NCBI RefSeq assembly: GCF_006345805.1
Contig: NC_043005.1
Coordinates: 105,834,001 to 105,898,000 of the forward strand
Reading direction: 5' to 3'
From: Octopus sinensis
Lineage: Eukaryota
DNA length: 64,000 bases
Shown: positions 12,280 through 25,865 of the stretch, piece by piece
Layout: each line of letters starts with the position of its first letter
How positions within the stretch are numbered: the stretch's first letter is position 1
Position numbers and translations under genes: made by a program
Notes under the pieces: generated by a model
What the model saw: only the letters and a program-made list of their open reading frames with translations
Databases searched by the model: none
Told to the model about the DNA's origin: nothing

Positions 12280-12907
12280 GACTGTCCGCTCATGAACATG
12301 GAAGACTATTAATGACCATTTCCTATGCAAAATGCCAGCAAGGCTCATACATGAAGTTAAAGGACCAGAGGCGGGCTTCATCCAGATGTACATTTGTGGT
12401 ACCCATGCTTCTTGGTTGGGTATTGGATAATTGCCTTGCCAGTGGTTGCAAAACCTAAAATATTTTGTACAATAAGCCTTGCATAGAACCTCACAGACCC
12501 TCACAAACCTTCTCACCCTACTGACATGATCCAGAGACAAGCCGGGGCAAGATATCTAGTGCCAATATCTGTCACTGGTTCAAGAATGCTGCTGCACCAT
12601 GATTTCAAGGGCATGCAAGAAAAACCACCAAATGCTCAATGCCATTCTCTGCATATCTGGTTTTATATCAGAGTGACTTTTGCGTAGAGCGCAAAGCTAA
12701 GGAATGCCTCATTCCTAGAGGTCTTCTAGCAGGCTGGACACTAACCCAGAATTTCTGAGGGCATATGCTATTGCAAAATACTCTTTGAACCTACACTGGG
12801 TTCATCTGCCCCTTTGACAGGTCTTGCTTCTTGTCCTGCTGGATTTTTAGCAACCTTTCTCACAAGGCGAGCCTGGTGGGGGTGTCGGTTTAATACCCAG
12901 TGACCCC
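12280..12907. repeat. Unclassified, relatively GC-rich probable retroelement fragment
   Basis: Complex sequence bounded by microsatellites; no recognisable ORF; single copy in the window. Confidence 0.3.
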
Positions 12908-13075
12908 AAATATACACACACATGTCAGTGTGTGTGTGGGTGTATATATATATTTATATATACATACATACATATATATATATGATGATGATATATATAT
13001 ATATATATTGATAGATAGATAGTTAGATACATACCTACATACATACATGCCTGCATGCATACATACATACATACA

Positions 13076-13109
<34 letters not shown>

Positions 13110-13662
13110 CATACATACATACATACATACATACATACATACATACAAAATATCATCAACTGACATAAAGTAATAGGTATATATTATGAGCGCTCAGTTA
13201 GGTCTACCACTAAAACTCCAGCTTGAACTGCAACTGAGAGCGTGGTGTTGAAACTGCTCATCAGAAGTGGCTAAAAGTGTTTGTTTTTTTTCTTGAGGAG
13301 GTAGTTATAGACTGAAGTAAAAATTAAAAAGCAAAACGTTTGGCATCACTTGAAAGGGACATTTAATTTAGACAAGGAATATAAATATACAGAATCCCTT
13401 ACAGTTGTTTTTAGACTAGTGAAGCATGTGGATCATCATATTGAGTAGAGATTCCATAAGCTGAGTACTCTGTCATCAGAGAGATGTAAATATGAGGGAA
13501 TGTCCCCAGACATGGATATTAGTAAATTCCAGTTTGTCAAAAGCTGGGGAAGGGTTAGAGTAAATTATGCAAGTATTTGGTAAGTCTATGATTAAATAAA
13601 TAATAGTTATAGGTAATGTTCATTAGTGGCTTCAAATGAGAATGTTCGATGATAACACATGG

Positions 13663-13693
<31 letters not shown>

Positions 13694-13903
13694 TACCAAT
13701 TAAGGACTGAACACGAAAAGTGGACAGTCAACATGCTAGATATAGACGTCAAATCGCCATTCACCACAAAAGATTATGTTCTCAGATCAAACTCAAACTG
13801 TGTTGAGTTTGATCTGAGAACATAATCTTTTGGGTGAATGGCGATTTGACGTCTATATCTAGCATGTTGACTGTCCACTTTTCGTGTTCAGTCCTTAATG
13901 GTA
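13694..13903. repeat. 210-bp near-perfect palindrome (arms ~103 bp)
   Basis: Left arm tacca-attaaggactgaacac...caaactcaa is the RC of ttgagtttg...gtccttaatggta; two 1-bp indels. Confidence 0.95.
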
Positions 13904-15592
13904 TATATTAATATTTAATCTTCGGATTCTTTTTAATATGCTAGACCACTGGTCTTAATTGATAAATATCAATTTCTACCTTAATTAATTTTATATATAT
14001 ATATATATATTTATAAGGTATACACATATATGTATATGAATATGTATGTATAGGGAATATGTATATTTTTGAAAATATTTATATGTCCGTATATATAGGC
14101 ATATGTATGTATTTAGTTTATGTACATGTGTGCATACGTTTGTGAGTATATGCATATATAAAGGTATTCATATATATATATGTATATATATGTACACAGC
14201 TGTATGCATACATTTATACACACACACAAACATATACACACATTATATACATATATATTTTATAGTATATAAAACAAAAAAAGTTTTTCTATTTTTGAAA
14301 TGAAATTATTTAATTATCTCATTATTTCATTTGATTAAATAATAGAAATAACAATCTACAGCATACCATTGGTATGTGTGTATGTGTGTGTGTGTGTGTG
14401 TCTGTGTCTGTGTGTGTATGTGTGTGTGTGTATATATATATGCATGTGTATAAGTTTGCATATTTGTGTATATATGTGTCTGTGAATGTGTGCATACATA
14501 TATATGTATGCACATATGTATGTGTATATGTTGTATGCTGGTATGCATGTATACGTGTGCATATATGTCTGTGCATGCTTGTGCATGTCTCTCTATCTGT
14601 ATGTATGTGTATATGTGCACATCTCTCTTTGCATATATTTGTGCATACATTTCATATATGTGCTTGACTGTAATATATCGATAAATACTTATTCATACAC
14701 ACTTATACATTTATACAGCATGGAAAATACACACACATGCACACACACATATACATATATGCACATGCACTCATATGTATATACATACATGTAAATTTAC
14801 ACTCGCATATAAGGCTAAGTACATACATCGTGCATATAAAGTCATACTCTGTCTAACACATACACACACATATTCATATATATATACACATATATGTATA
14901 TGAATATTTATATGTATGTTGTGTGTGCTTATTTATATACATCCATCCATATACATCTATCTACATATTTTAGATCATAAATTTGTGATAGATCATAAAT
15001 TTCAGCTAAGTTTTAATGGCTCTGGCCTTAGAACAAGAAGAAAAAATATATAATGGATAAACAAAAGTGGAAACAAATATACTCGCGAATTTACTCACAC
15101 TCATACATATATATATATACATATATATATACATACATTCATGCATTCCAAAAGAAGTTCCAGGAGTAACCATCTTTGATACTATCGGTTTTTCTGGGAA
15201 TGGGCCAGAGATGGAGAGAATGTCGTCGTTATGGCACCCTGGCATTGCAAACAGCGTTTTCTCTTTAATCTATTTATTCTAAACTAAATTTGCTTTTGCA
15301 ATATCCTCCCCCTTTCATACCAACCTCCCTCTAATCCTAAAACCACAACCAAAATGGAAGATGGAGCTAGGGGTGTGAGTGGGTGGTGTTGTAGTGCTTG
15401 GTTGAGTAGGGGGAGCTGTTTGATAGAGTGGTGTGTGTGTGTGTGTGTGTGTGTGTGTATTCTTGAAGAAGATTGTAGTTTGGTATGGTGTAGTGTTGTG
15501 AGAAAGTAGTGGCAGATGTGGTAGTGAGATGGTTGTGGACAAGCCTGTGTGTGTGGAAGTGGTGGCAGAATTAGGTGTTAGTGTAGCAGTGT

Positions 15593-15770
15593 TGTTGTTA
15601 TTTAGCCCCTGGTCAGCTCTGTGCTGACCTAGATCAACTGTGTCCCAGCCATGACTTTCTGGTTCTTGTTTTCAAACATAATGCATTTAGCACTGCCGTA
15701 TTCAATTCAGTAGAATATAATTTAAGGAAGATTTGGCTGTTGTTTTGTGTACAATGAGCAAACACTAATG
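15593..15770 (-). mobile_element. Old SINE-like family E with (AAC)n end (other copies ~36060-36165, 40100-40300, 49220-49400, 50430-50660, 55980-56160)
   Basis: Shared terminus gttgtt-tttagccccaggtcagc / gctgacctggggctaaacaacaac. Confidence 0.6.
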
Positions 15771-16599
15771 GTGGACAGAGTAAATTTTATTTATGATGTT
15801 GGTATTACACAGGGATTAATGTGTTTGGAACTAGGGCACAGGTATGGCTATGTGGTTATGTAGTTCATATTGCAATTGTTTAGTTTTAGGTTCAATCTAA
15901 CATCACAGCTGATTGGGCTAGGGTCACCTACATAGCATAGTCCAATACCTTGTAAAACCTGTCAGAAGCTCATTGGATATACATACATACACACACAGAC
16001 ACATACATACATACATACACATACATGCACACACATACATACATACATACATACACACACATACGCACATACATACATACACACATACATACATACATAC
16101 ATACATACATAAATACATGCATGCATACACATACATACATACATACACACACACATACACATACATACATACATACATACATATATACATACATACATAC
16201 ATACATATTTACACACATATATAAATGCATGTATGTGTGTATAGGTGAGTGCATGGTATTGGTTAAAGTGGAACTGTGGCAGTATGAGATGGTAACTTTG
16301 CATTTCTGGAAGAACACAAGATCCCTTTAGAATGTGGGTTTCCCATTTCATGAAGAAATTGAAGAAAATATCAGAAAAGTCAGAAACTGTGTTATGAACA
16401 AAAATAGAAGAAATAAGAGAAAGAAGATAGAAAATAAAGAAAGGAAGGAATAAAGAAAGAAGAGAGAAAGAAAAATAGGAATGAAGAAATAATGAAATAA
16501 TAAAAACAGGGGGAAAACACAAGACTTAAACAATGTTAAGAAACGTGAAATAATTATTGATGTGAGAGAGGATTTGTCTGTTGTATAGTGCATAAACTC

Positions 16600-16634
<35 letters not shown>

Positions 16635-16703
16635 CATAAATATATATATATACACACACACATTCATAAATATGTATGCATGTGTATATGTATATATATA
16701 TGT

Positions 16704-16753
<50 letters not shown>

Positions 16754-16762
16754 CATATATAT

Positions 16763-16855
16763 GCATCATCATCATCATCATATCATTTAGCGTCCGTTCT
16801 CCATGCTAGCATGGGTTGGACGGTTCAACTGGAGTCTGTGAAGCTGGAAGGCTTC
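16763..16855 (-). mobile_element. RTE-type 3' tail fragment
   Basis: (cat)n-ttagcgtccgttctccatgctagcatgggttggacg. Confidence 0.75.
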
Positions 16856-17131
16856 AATATATATATATTATTATACATATATATATATATATTTAGATAT
16901 ATATGTATGTGTATATATATACATATATATACATGCACATATGCATACATACATGTATTCATACATATATACATATATATATAAGCATAAATATATAGAT
17001 ATACATATTCATAAACTATGCATACAAGCTTTACATACATATATACATGCATATACATGTGCATGCATACATACATACATACATACACACATACATACAC
17101 ACATACATACATACATACATACATACATACA

Positions 17132-17163
<32 letters not shown>

Positions 17164-18111
17164 CTATAAAATGGAAACACAATTTACAATTGAACAGAGA
17201 GCAAAAGCGAAATATTAGAAGTAATTGACTTAGCAAAGATCTCTATGGAGTAAAAGATTAACTCTAGAGAATTAATATTGGGGCAACCCCTATCAATGGC
17301 ATCCCTTAATTGCTCCAAATGCTATTTTTTCTCTACTCATTCCATATGCCCCAAACACTGAATTATGTTTGTAGCTCATGACGGATATCTGTTTCAATAA
17401 GGAAACCGATTTCTATGGCTCAAACTTGAATCAAGTTTTTCTGGAGAAATACATAGATTGGATTAGAAACAAAATACAATGATATTAATAGATGTAATGC
17501 TTTGTTAGTCAGTATCTTTTGGGGCAGAAGCAAATCCTCTAAAGAGTATTTGTATTCATTTTGAGTGACCTTTGTATTTGATTTGTATTAACCATTTAAG
17601 TCAAATACACACATACTTAGGTCACCAAGAGAGGTGTGAACTAGAGATTTTTTTTTCCCATGCCAGATTTACTTTAGTGCAAATGGCAAATTATAACAGT
17701 TTAAAAAAAGATAGAAAAGTGTAAAAAAACTTGCAGTTTTCCTAGTTGCCCTATTTATTAGCCAATAATTTGTTTATTTTACTATTATTTAGTGTTAAAT
17801 AAATAAATTCAAAATAAAGAACAGGATATATCTAATACAATTGTAGGTTTTGTCCTTGGGTGAAGCCCAGCATAAAATTGAATTTTCTGTCTATTTTATT
17901 ACTTTCAATAATGTTTCTTTTGTCATTAGTGTCTTTTCAGTTAGACAAGGAAGGGTCAACGGGATATTGTAGTGGATGTTTCAGGCATTAGTTTGTCTTT
18001 AATCCAGACTTCATCTTTATATGTGTATATATATATATTTATTTTGTGACTATTCTGTGGCACAAAAATATTTTTGACTTCTAGTTTTAGTGATGCAGGT
18101 GCTCATATGCT

Positions 18112-18189
<78 letters not shown>

Positions 18190-18236
18190 TATAAATATAA
18201 ATAAATATATATATATATATAAATTAATAGATATAA

Positions 18237-18276
<40 letters not shown>

Positions 18277-18456
18277 CTATAAATATATAGATATATATAT
18301 TATGTATGTATGTATGTATGTATATATATATAACCACATGTCTTATATATATATATATATATATTTTATTAATTTGCTTGTATGGCTGGTATTCGCTTGC
18401 CACTAGTGATAGTATTTTGATAATACTATCACTCTCATATTTGCTTTTATATATAT

Positions 18457-18661
18457 TTCTTTACTACTCACAAGGAGCTAAACACAGAGGGGACAAACAA
18501 GGACAGCAAATGGATTAAGTTGATTATATCTACCCCAGTGCATAACTGGTACTTAAGTTATCGAACCTGAAAGGATGAAAGACAAAGTCGACCTCGGCGG
18601 AATTTGAACCCAGAACGTAACGGCAGACGAAATACGGCTACGCATTTCGCCCGGCATGCTA
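18457..18661 (-). mobile_element. SINE family A, 5'-truncated, with TSD
   Basis: atttgcttttatatatat repeated at 18439-18456 and 18662-18679. Confidence 0.85.
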
Positions 18662-18688
18662 ATTTGCTTTTATATATATATATATATA

Positions 18689-18741
18689 AGCATCTTGTGC
18701 TTATCATACTCTTTCATATATATGTGAGTGTGTCTGTGTGT

Positions 18742-18781
<40 letters not shown>

Positions 18782-18834
18782 ACACACAGACACACTCACA
18801 CATATATGAAAGAGTATGATAAGCACAAGATGCT
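18689..18834. repeat. 146-bp palindrome centred on (TA)n
   Basis: agcatcttgtgcttatcatactctttcat... / ...atgaaagagtatgataagcacaagatgct; one mismatch. Confidence 0.95.
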
Positions 18835-19104
18835 GTTTATGATATTTGGTTGCATATTTGAATGCAAATAATCACAATGCTTCAACATGTGCTAGGAAAG
18901 AAATTATATAAACTACATTTTGTGTTTATCCTACTTTTTCAAATATTTGCTCTGTCTGTCGTAACTGGTTGTACTGTACAGTAGTAACTGCATCACTTTA
19001 CTTGAAGTAGATAATGATACTGTACATAACGCTCTAAATTCACCAACAGCAATTGTGCATCTAACAGTAGATACAAAAAATAATATATATACATGGGAGC
19101 ACCG

Positions 19105-20315
19105 CATGGGTGTTCTGGCTAAATTTAACTGTTTGCATAAAGGAAAACAAAATACAATAACCCATCCAAAAATAAAGTATTTTCAAAAATCAAAATATAG
19201 CACCTAGATTATGGCTGGTAAATATAAGTTTATGCAAATTAGCCATCCTCAGCTTCCAGTATGGCCTCAAAACGGCTCTGGAACCTGATGTATGCTTTCC
19301 TCAGTGGGAAGATATTTGAACACCTCCCTGATTTTCATCACCAGCTCAATCTTAATGCTGCAGTCAGAATAGTTGGTGTCCTTCTCAACTGCATACCACA
19401 CATAGTAGTCCATGAGATTACAATTGAGGGAATTCGGTCAGAAAACCACTTCTAACTCTTTCTCAAGGCATGGCAAGGAGCCAGCTCCTGCTGCCACACA
19501 TATAGCCATCCAGCAACAACCTTCTCCAGCTAGGGTTTGGCTATGGTCTCCAGTAGCTTCATCTAGCTGTTTGAATTGAGTCTCAAGTGCTGTTCAAAGA
19601 TGTTGGGTATCATGATGTCACCCTCACTGGAGACACACCCTAATATCCTCATATTTTAGGGGGAACTTAGTTTCCTTGATATGTGGGGCATCACATGGAT
19701 TCTAAGATTATTGTTCTGGGTGTTGTTCAACTAATTCTGGCAGATGTTCTTTCCTTCTGAGAAGAACCAGATCATTCCCAGCCCACAAAGGATGCTTCAG
19801 CTTGTTTGGAAGCCTCTTTACTTTCATCAAGTGGTTCTCCTTAATATTGACCGTCAGAATTTGACTCTTGTATCTCTTAGCAAACCTCCTCATTTAGGAC
19901 CAGCTTCATGGTGGTGATACCAACACCCATTTCTCTTGCCAAAGCCTGGATTCTCTTGTTCTAATTTTCCATCACCTTGTCCTGCAGTTGTTGAATGAAT
20001 CCCACCATGTAGAGTCACTGCCTGCTGGCCATGGCTTCATGCTCTCTGTTACAGCTGTCCATGTTACATCTTACAGTCTTTACAGTGTTCACAGAGCATG
20101 GAGCAGCAGTCTTGATGTTGGCATTTTGATATCTGGCATGAATCGTCATGATACAGGCAATTCTTTTCCAATATGCAGATGGCTTCCAGTCTTCCACTTT
20201 TTCTCAGCTACAACTTTCATTTTATACTCTCCAATGCCATTGACTGTTCACCAATACATCAAGCTGCACCTGAAAAAAAAAAAAGAGGCATCAAATTTAG
20301 CCTAAAGACCCTGAA
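19105..20315 (-). mobile_element. Decayed Tc1/mariner-superfamily transposon, probably maT/DD37D-like
   Basis: Degenerate TIRs (ca-gggtgttctggctaaattt / aaatttagcctaaagaccctg); minus-strand peptides NKLKHP, QQELAPCH, LMDYYVWYAVEKDTN; a deletion prevents counting the D spacing. Confidence 0.8.
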
Positions 20316-20834
20316 TATATAATCAAAGAATGGAGTTGATGTATTCAAATTTCCCAACTAAAATTGCTTTGAAGCCAAAATTTGAAATCCTTATAGTGGT
20401 CTCTACCCTTTGCTGGGCTCATACCACTTTCACTATAGTACTCCTGACTAATTCACCTCCCATCCTCTCACTATCCCCAGTCTCATACTAAATCATTTCT
20501 TCCCATAACATTGGACCCCTAGAATTCCCTTCATGCTCATGTCTTTCCTGTAGTTGTTGACTGGCAACAGTTCAAGAACATTAATAGCATTAATTTTATT
20601 AATCTAAAAGGGTCTAGAATGACCGTGAGCATTGCTCTTCCCTCCGGACCCAGCAAGTAAAAATGTGTAGGACAAGCAGAAAGAATCAATATGGAATTGG
20701 GGAATAAAGTAATAAGTATTTGAAGACACAGAAAAAGGCAAGTTTTTCAGACGTTTACTAAATTACTGAGAACTACAGATTGAGTGGATGCATGACATTT
20801 GTTAGATTAACAGAATCGATATTGTTTTGTTTCT

Positions 20835-21140
20835 CTCTTCAGGTGACATGTCTACAGGTGTCAGTGATTAAGGACCACAATTACAATGCTGGGAGATTCA
20901 GGATTTTCATGGGAAAAGATGCAGCAATGGTTTACCATTGCCTTCTGTCAGTTTATTTACAGATTACTCTGCTTGTCTTTTGCTCTCCTGAGCTTACCCT
21001 TGAGGCTCAGTGACTATTTAACCATTAGGCAGGTTTATACACTGCTGGGCTTTCCAAGTCCTAAATGCATTAACCACAGGACCATTTTTTGCTGTTTGAC
21101 TCATAAACGGGGCCTTTGATAGACACTAAAACCTCAGGCA
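20835..21140 (+). repeat. Unclassified old interspersed repeat, copy 2
   Basis: Homolog of 2330-2680 in the opposite orientation. Confidence 0.7.
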
Positions 21141-21836
21141 AAGTGGACCTCAGAGTAGAGCTGTCCAAGGAGTAATTCTCTACTCACCAAAACGCTTAAG
21201 GTCACATAGCTGACCCTCCATAGAACCTTGTAGTGAAGGCTCATTGTGGCTATTACAATATATATATAAAATTGTCATCAATTAAACATGGCTTAGTAAC
21301 ATATAACACCTTGATTATTTATCATACCTTGGAAATTAAGATAAAATACTCTCAAACACTATAATTCTTCTTATGTGTCTAAAGAATTTCTGTCATTTCC
21401 ACCATCTTTGTACATTCATTTGTCAATGGCAAAAAAAAAACAAACAAACACCTATCAAATTACAGTTAAAAAACTTCTAAATAAATAAACCTGATATTTT
21501 ACGGTGCAATGTTTCAGAATTGATAAAAGAGTCTTTGAGAGACAAGATGATATTTTAGCTGCCGTCATCTTTTTTTTTTGTTGCGACATATTATCATAAA
21601 AACATTTACAAGTGAGATAAATGAAAGCTAGAATCCTGGTCCTGTCCACAGGCACAATCTAATGATTTTACCCCATAGGGAATCCCAAAACATTACTTGG
21701 GATTCAAACATCATATACAGTTGGCTATTCCATATCTAAAACATACATACATCTCTATATGAATAACATATACATTCATTATTTGTTCAATGTAACCATT
21801 TCTATCTGTCTGTCTGTCTGTCTGTCAGTCTGTCTG

Positions 21837-21902
<66 letters not shown>

Positions 21903-24244
21903 CATCTATCTATATACACACACACACATACACACACACACACATACACACCACATACTCACACATACGTATATACTAGAGTTAATTTTGGAAGCATTCT
22001 TCTTTTGCCACCTTGGGTAATATCAGGATACATTGATTGTATATAATAATTATAATTTAACTTTAATCAAATTTTTTGAATTTTATACAAAATGAATAAA
22101 TGAACTCAAATTTTTCCCCCAACTAAATATTCATTTTTAATAAAACACATTTATTGTTTGTATATTTGCAATAAATATATGTTATTATTTTGCTAAAATG
22201 ATCAGCATAATTGCAATCCGCTGTACCGAAAATCTATCTCTCCAAAATTTGATTTTAAAATGTGTACTTTGCAGAATGTCATAAGTTAAAAGTAGGTGTT
22301 GCGCTCATCCTGCATCACCTAAACCTCTCTTTATATTACTTTTAATCTTTCGTCCCTCTCTTTATTTGATTTGAATAATGACTCGAGAAATCAACCAACC
22401 AACCAACCAACCAACATTTATATCATCTATAATTATGTGATTATGTATCTGTCCCCACCCCTACTGTCCACAGTTTCTCTATTTCACTCAGGCTATGGGA
22501 AGGTGGAAGAAGGAAGTAGTTGCTGTGTTGAGGGAAGCAGAATAGAGTGAGAGAAAGAAAACTTTATACAATGATGTAGATTAGGTAGATAACTAGTTGG
22601 AGATTGAAAGTGTGGAGATAGAAATAGACAGTAGTTATGTAGTAACTGAGACAGGCAGTCAGGTGAGCAGACTGAGAAATATAGGAAGAAATGGAAGAAA
22701 GACAGAGAGAGAGGTAGAGATAGCATGTGTAAAATAGGAGAAATAGAAAGAAGAAAGATGAAGTTCTACAACAGAGAGGGAGAAATAAAGTGGTAGCATG
22801 ATAAAATGAAAGCGGGGAATGAATGAGATAGAGAGCTAAATAGATATTCATGTGTAATATCAAAGTATCAGAGTGTGTGATAAAGATATTGTTGGGAGGT
22901 GAAAAGAAGAGGTAGAACCAGGTTTTGATTCAGAGAAAAGTAGAGAAGTATATCATTCATTTGTCTGTCTATTTCCCATGCAAGCATGGCTTGGGTGAAA
23001 ATTGTTTCTCAGCCAGAATGTTACAGCTGGATGCATTTACTGTCATCAATCCTCACTTTATAACAAAAAAATATTTTCAAATAAGAGATTTCTTTTGTAT
23101 TCCACAGGCACTCAAAAGTGTAGAATGACTGATAGCAATGTCAATAAGGAATGTAAACATCATGTCTGTTTTGCTCAGAAAGGTGACAAATAAAATATCA
23201 ACATTCATGCAAGCAGATACACATATAAATGTATATATATGTATATACGTGTATGTGTATGAGTTTGTGTGTCTGTGTACTCGTACATACACACACACAC
23301 ACATATATATATATGTTTGTAAGTGTGTATGTGTGTGTGTGTGTGTGTGTGTGTAAGTGTGAAATCGACTCCTTGCAATTTCCATTTATCAAACTATTTT
23401 CTCTTTCTCTCTTGCTCTCTCTCATTCTCTTTCTCTCTCTCACTCTCCCTTGCTAAGAAGAAGGATGTGGATGGGTCAGTGAGTATAAAGAAGGAGCGTA
23501 AGTGAGTGAGAGCATAACAGTATGCACATGAATAGATGCATATCAAATATACAGCAGGTAGCAAGAGAAACTTCAGTTACTGTGAAATTACTTACATAGG
23601 ATCCACCACAAGAAGACGGCAATTATCCTGCGTATAATATCAATGAATTAACAATACAATTAGAAGAGACAGAAGTGAAGCACAGGAAGAATATGGAACG
23701 CTCAAAGTAAAAACTTAAGAACTTCTGAAAAGAAACCCACAAACATCAACAATATTCTTTCATGTATTATGCAAATGTGTGTGTGTATGTGCATGTATGT
23801 ATGCATAAATGTATATCTTTTTCATGCATATATATATATATACACATATGTATATGTAGTTATATATGTATATATCTGTATGAATATATATATATATATA
23901 TAAAACTGTCCGTCTTTGTATTTCATATATATATATATAGCGGCGTATGTACACTTTGGTCTCATATGTAAGTATACATTTTTCTAAATCTCATACGACT
24001 CTATTTCTGTCCATCAGCCCTTTCACGCTTATTCGTTCATTCCACTCTTCGTTCTTTCATTCCCCCTCTCTCACATTTCTTTGCCTCCTCTTCTTACTCA
24101 CTTTCTCTCCACTTTTCACTTCACTGTGTCCCTGTCATTTTTTTCTCGCCCCTCCTTAATTCTTCTGTCCCTCTGCTTCTACTTCTCTCTTTTCTCTTCC
24201 CACGTGACCATCGTTCGACCAAGCCTGTTCTTTCTTTCTTGGTC

Positions 24245-25190
24245 CGGCCATTGTCCATGCAACATTGATATTCCTCCCTGTGTTTGTGAAATCTTGTATC
24301 CCTGCTGTATTCATTTTCCACATTCAGCAGTCTTTCATAATGGCATCTCCAACAAACATCTTTCTATGCAGAATCATTAAACGCAAGGGCACCATCATCC
24401 ATGCAGATACATTTCTCTCCTATGACATCATGGTTTTCTATCACACACTATCTTGCAATCCGGAATACTTCAGTCCTTTTGTCCTCATGTTGCTGAACAT
24501 TGGCAAACTTCTTCTTTTCTGCTACTCCCTTGGCTATATATACACCTGTCTCTTAGCCTCCCTTTTTGCTATCTCATACATTCTCCTGCTACTCCCACTC
24601 TTCCAGGCATTCCAAGCCTGTTTCTTTGCTCTAATGCCCCTGTCTACAGTATTGCTCCACCACCATGTTACCCTGGGTGTGGAAGGGACTTTGCACCAGT
24701 CACACGTTTGGTCTGTGGCACTCAGCAAGCTGTCTTGCAGGAATTCCCAGCTGCCTTCTATGTCACAGGACTGTAGCGCCTCCTCCCTATCATCAAATTT
24801 CTCGGTAAGGATATCCCTAAATCTCTGACAATGTGAAGGGTTCCTAAGCTTTCAATCCTTCTTTTCCAGATTGGTCTGTATTTAAGCATCCTTCTGGCCT
24901 CGAGTTTAAAGTCACTAATAACTAGTCTATGTTGAGAGGAGTGCATTCTTCACCAGGGAGGGTCTTTGTATTTAAGAGCAACCATGCATCCAGCTATCTG
25001 GTGAGAATGAAATCGATCTGGCTAGCAGAGTCCCCTGACTGATAGGTTATCAGGTGGCTAGCTGGCTTCCTGAAGCTGGTGTTGCAGATCAATAGGCTAT
25101 TTGCATCCCAGAACTCCAGGAGCCTAGTTCCCACTTCATTTCTGGTGCCAACTCCATGGCCCGCATGTACACCATGGAAGATACCACATT
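24245..25190 (-). pseudogene. RTE-clade LINE endonuclease/linker relic
   Basis: GVGTRNEVGTRLLEFWDANSLLICNTSFRKPASHLITYQSGDSASQIDFILTR; QHRLVISDF; AWNAWKSG..YEIAKREAKRQVY. Confidence 0.9.
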
Positions 25191-25191
25191 G

Positions 25192-25250
<59 letters not shown>

Positions 25251-25253
<3 letters not shown>

Positions 25254-25865
25254 TCATCATCATCATCATCATCACCATTTAGCGTCCGCTTTCCATGCTA
25301 GCATGGGTTGGACGGTTCAACTGCGGTCTGTGAAGCCAGAAGGCTGCATCAGGCCCAGTCTGATCTGGCAGTGTTTCTACGGCTGGATGCCCTTCCTAAC
25401 GCCAACCACTCCGTGAGTGTAGTGGGTGCTTTTTATGTGCCACCCGCACAGGTGCCAGACGGAGCTGGCAAACGGCCACGAACGGATGGTGCTTTTACGT
25501 GCCACCAGCACGGGGGCCAGGCGAGGCTGGCAACGGACATGAGCGGATGGTGCTTTTACGTACCACCGGCACGAGGCCAGTCTGGGCGGCGCTGGCAATG
25601 GTCACGAACGGATGGTTCTCTTACGTGCCACCGGCACTGGTAACTCAGCTGCAATTTCCATTGATCGATTTCGATTCTGATCCTCACTTGCCTCAACAGG
25701 TCTTCACAAGTAGAGTTTTGTGTCCCAAGAAGGGAAGGTATGCATACGTAGGCTGGCTCCATCCCATGTAGAAGGCCACGGGTTATGGTCTCACTTGTCC
25801 TGCTGGGTCTTTTCGTGCACAGCATACTTCCAGAGGTCTCGGTCTCTAGTCATTTCCTCTAGTCA
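25251..25865 (-). mobile_element. RTE-clade LINE 3' end with four ~62-bp 3'UTR repeats
   Basis: EMTRDRDLWKYAVHEKT-like ORF end; repeat units at 25437, 25499, 25560, 25625; (ATG)n tail. Confidence 0.85.

Noticed and set aside
12841-12907. Possible HDV-like ribozyme at a putative retroelement 5' end
   Set aside because: The nested double pseudoknot could not be built; the spacing between P1 strands is too short
13230-13265. ctgatgag / gaaac motifs as a hammerhead
   Set aside because: The two core halves lie on opposite strands and no consistent stems form
13395-13445. Hammerhead relic (tgatgatccac...aaaacaactgtaag, minus); similar at ~45030-45060
   Set aside because: Too many core substitutions to support
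17381-17485. Open frame ending KYIDWIRNKIQ*, like a serine-protease C-terminus
   Set aside because: Upstream GDSGGP/SWG motifs are absent and a short open frame is expected by chance
25427-25640. ~62-bp repeats with palindromic cores as a CRISPR-like array
   Set aside because: Whole units are homologous (no unique spacers), they lie in an RTE 3'UTR, there are no cas genes, and the context is eukaryotic
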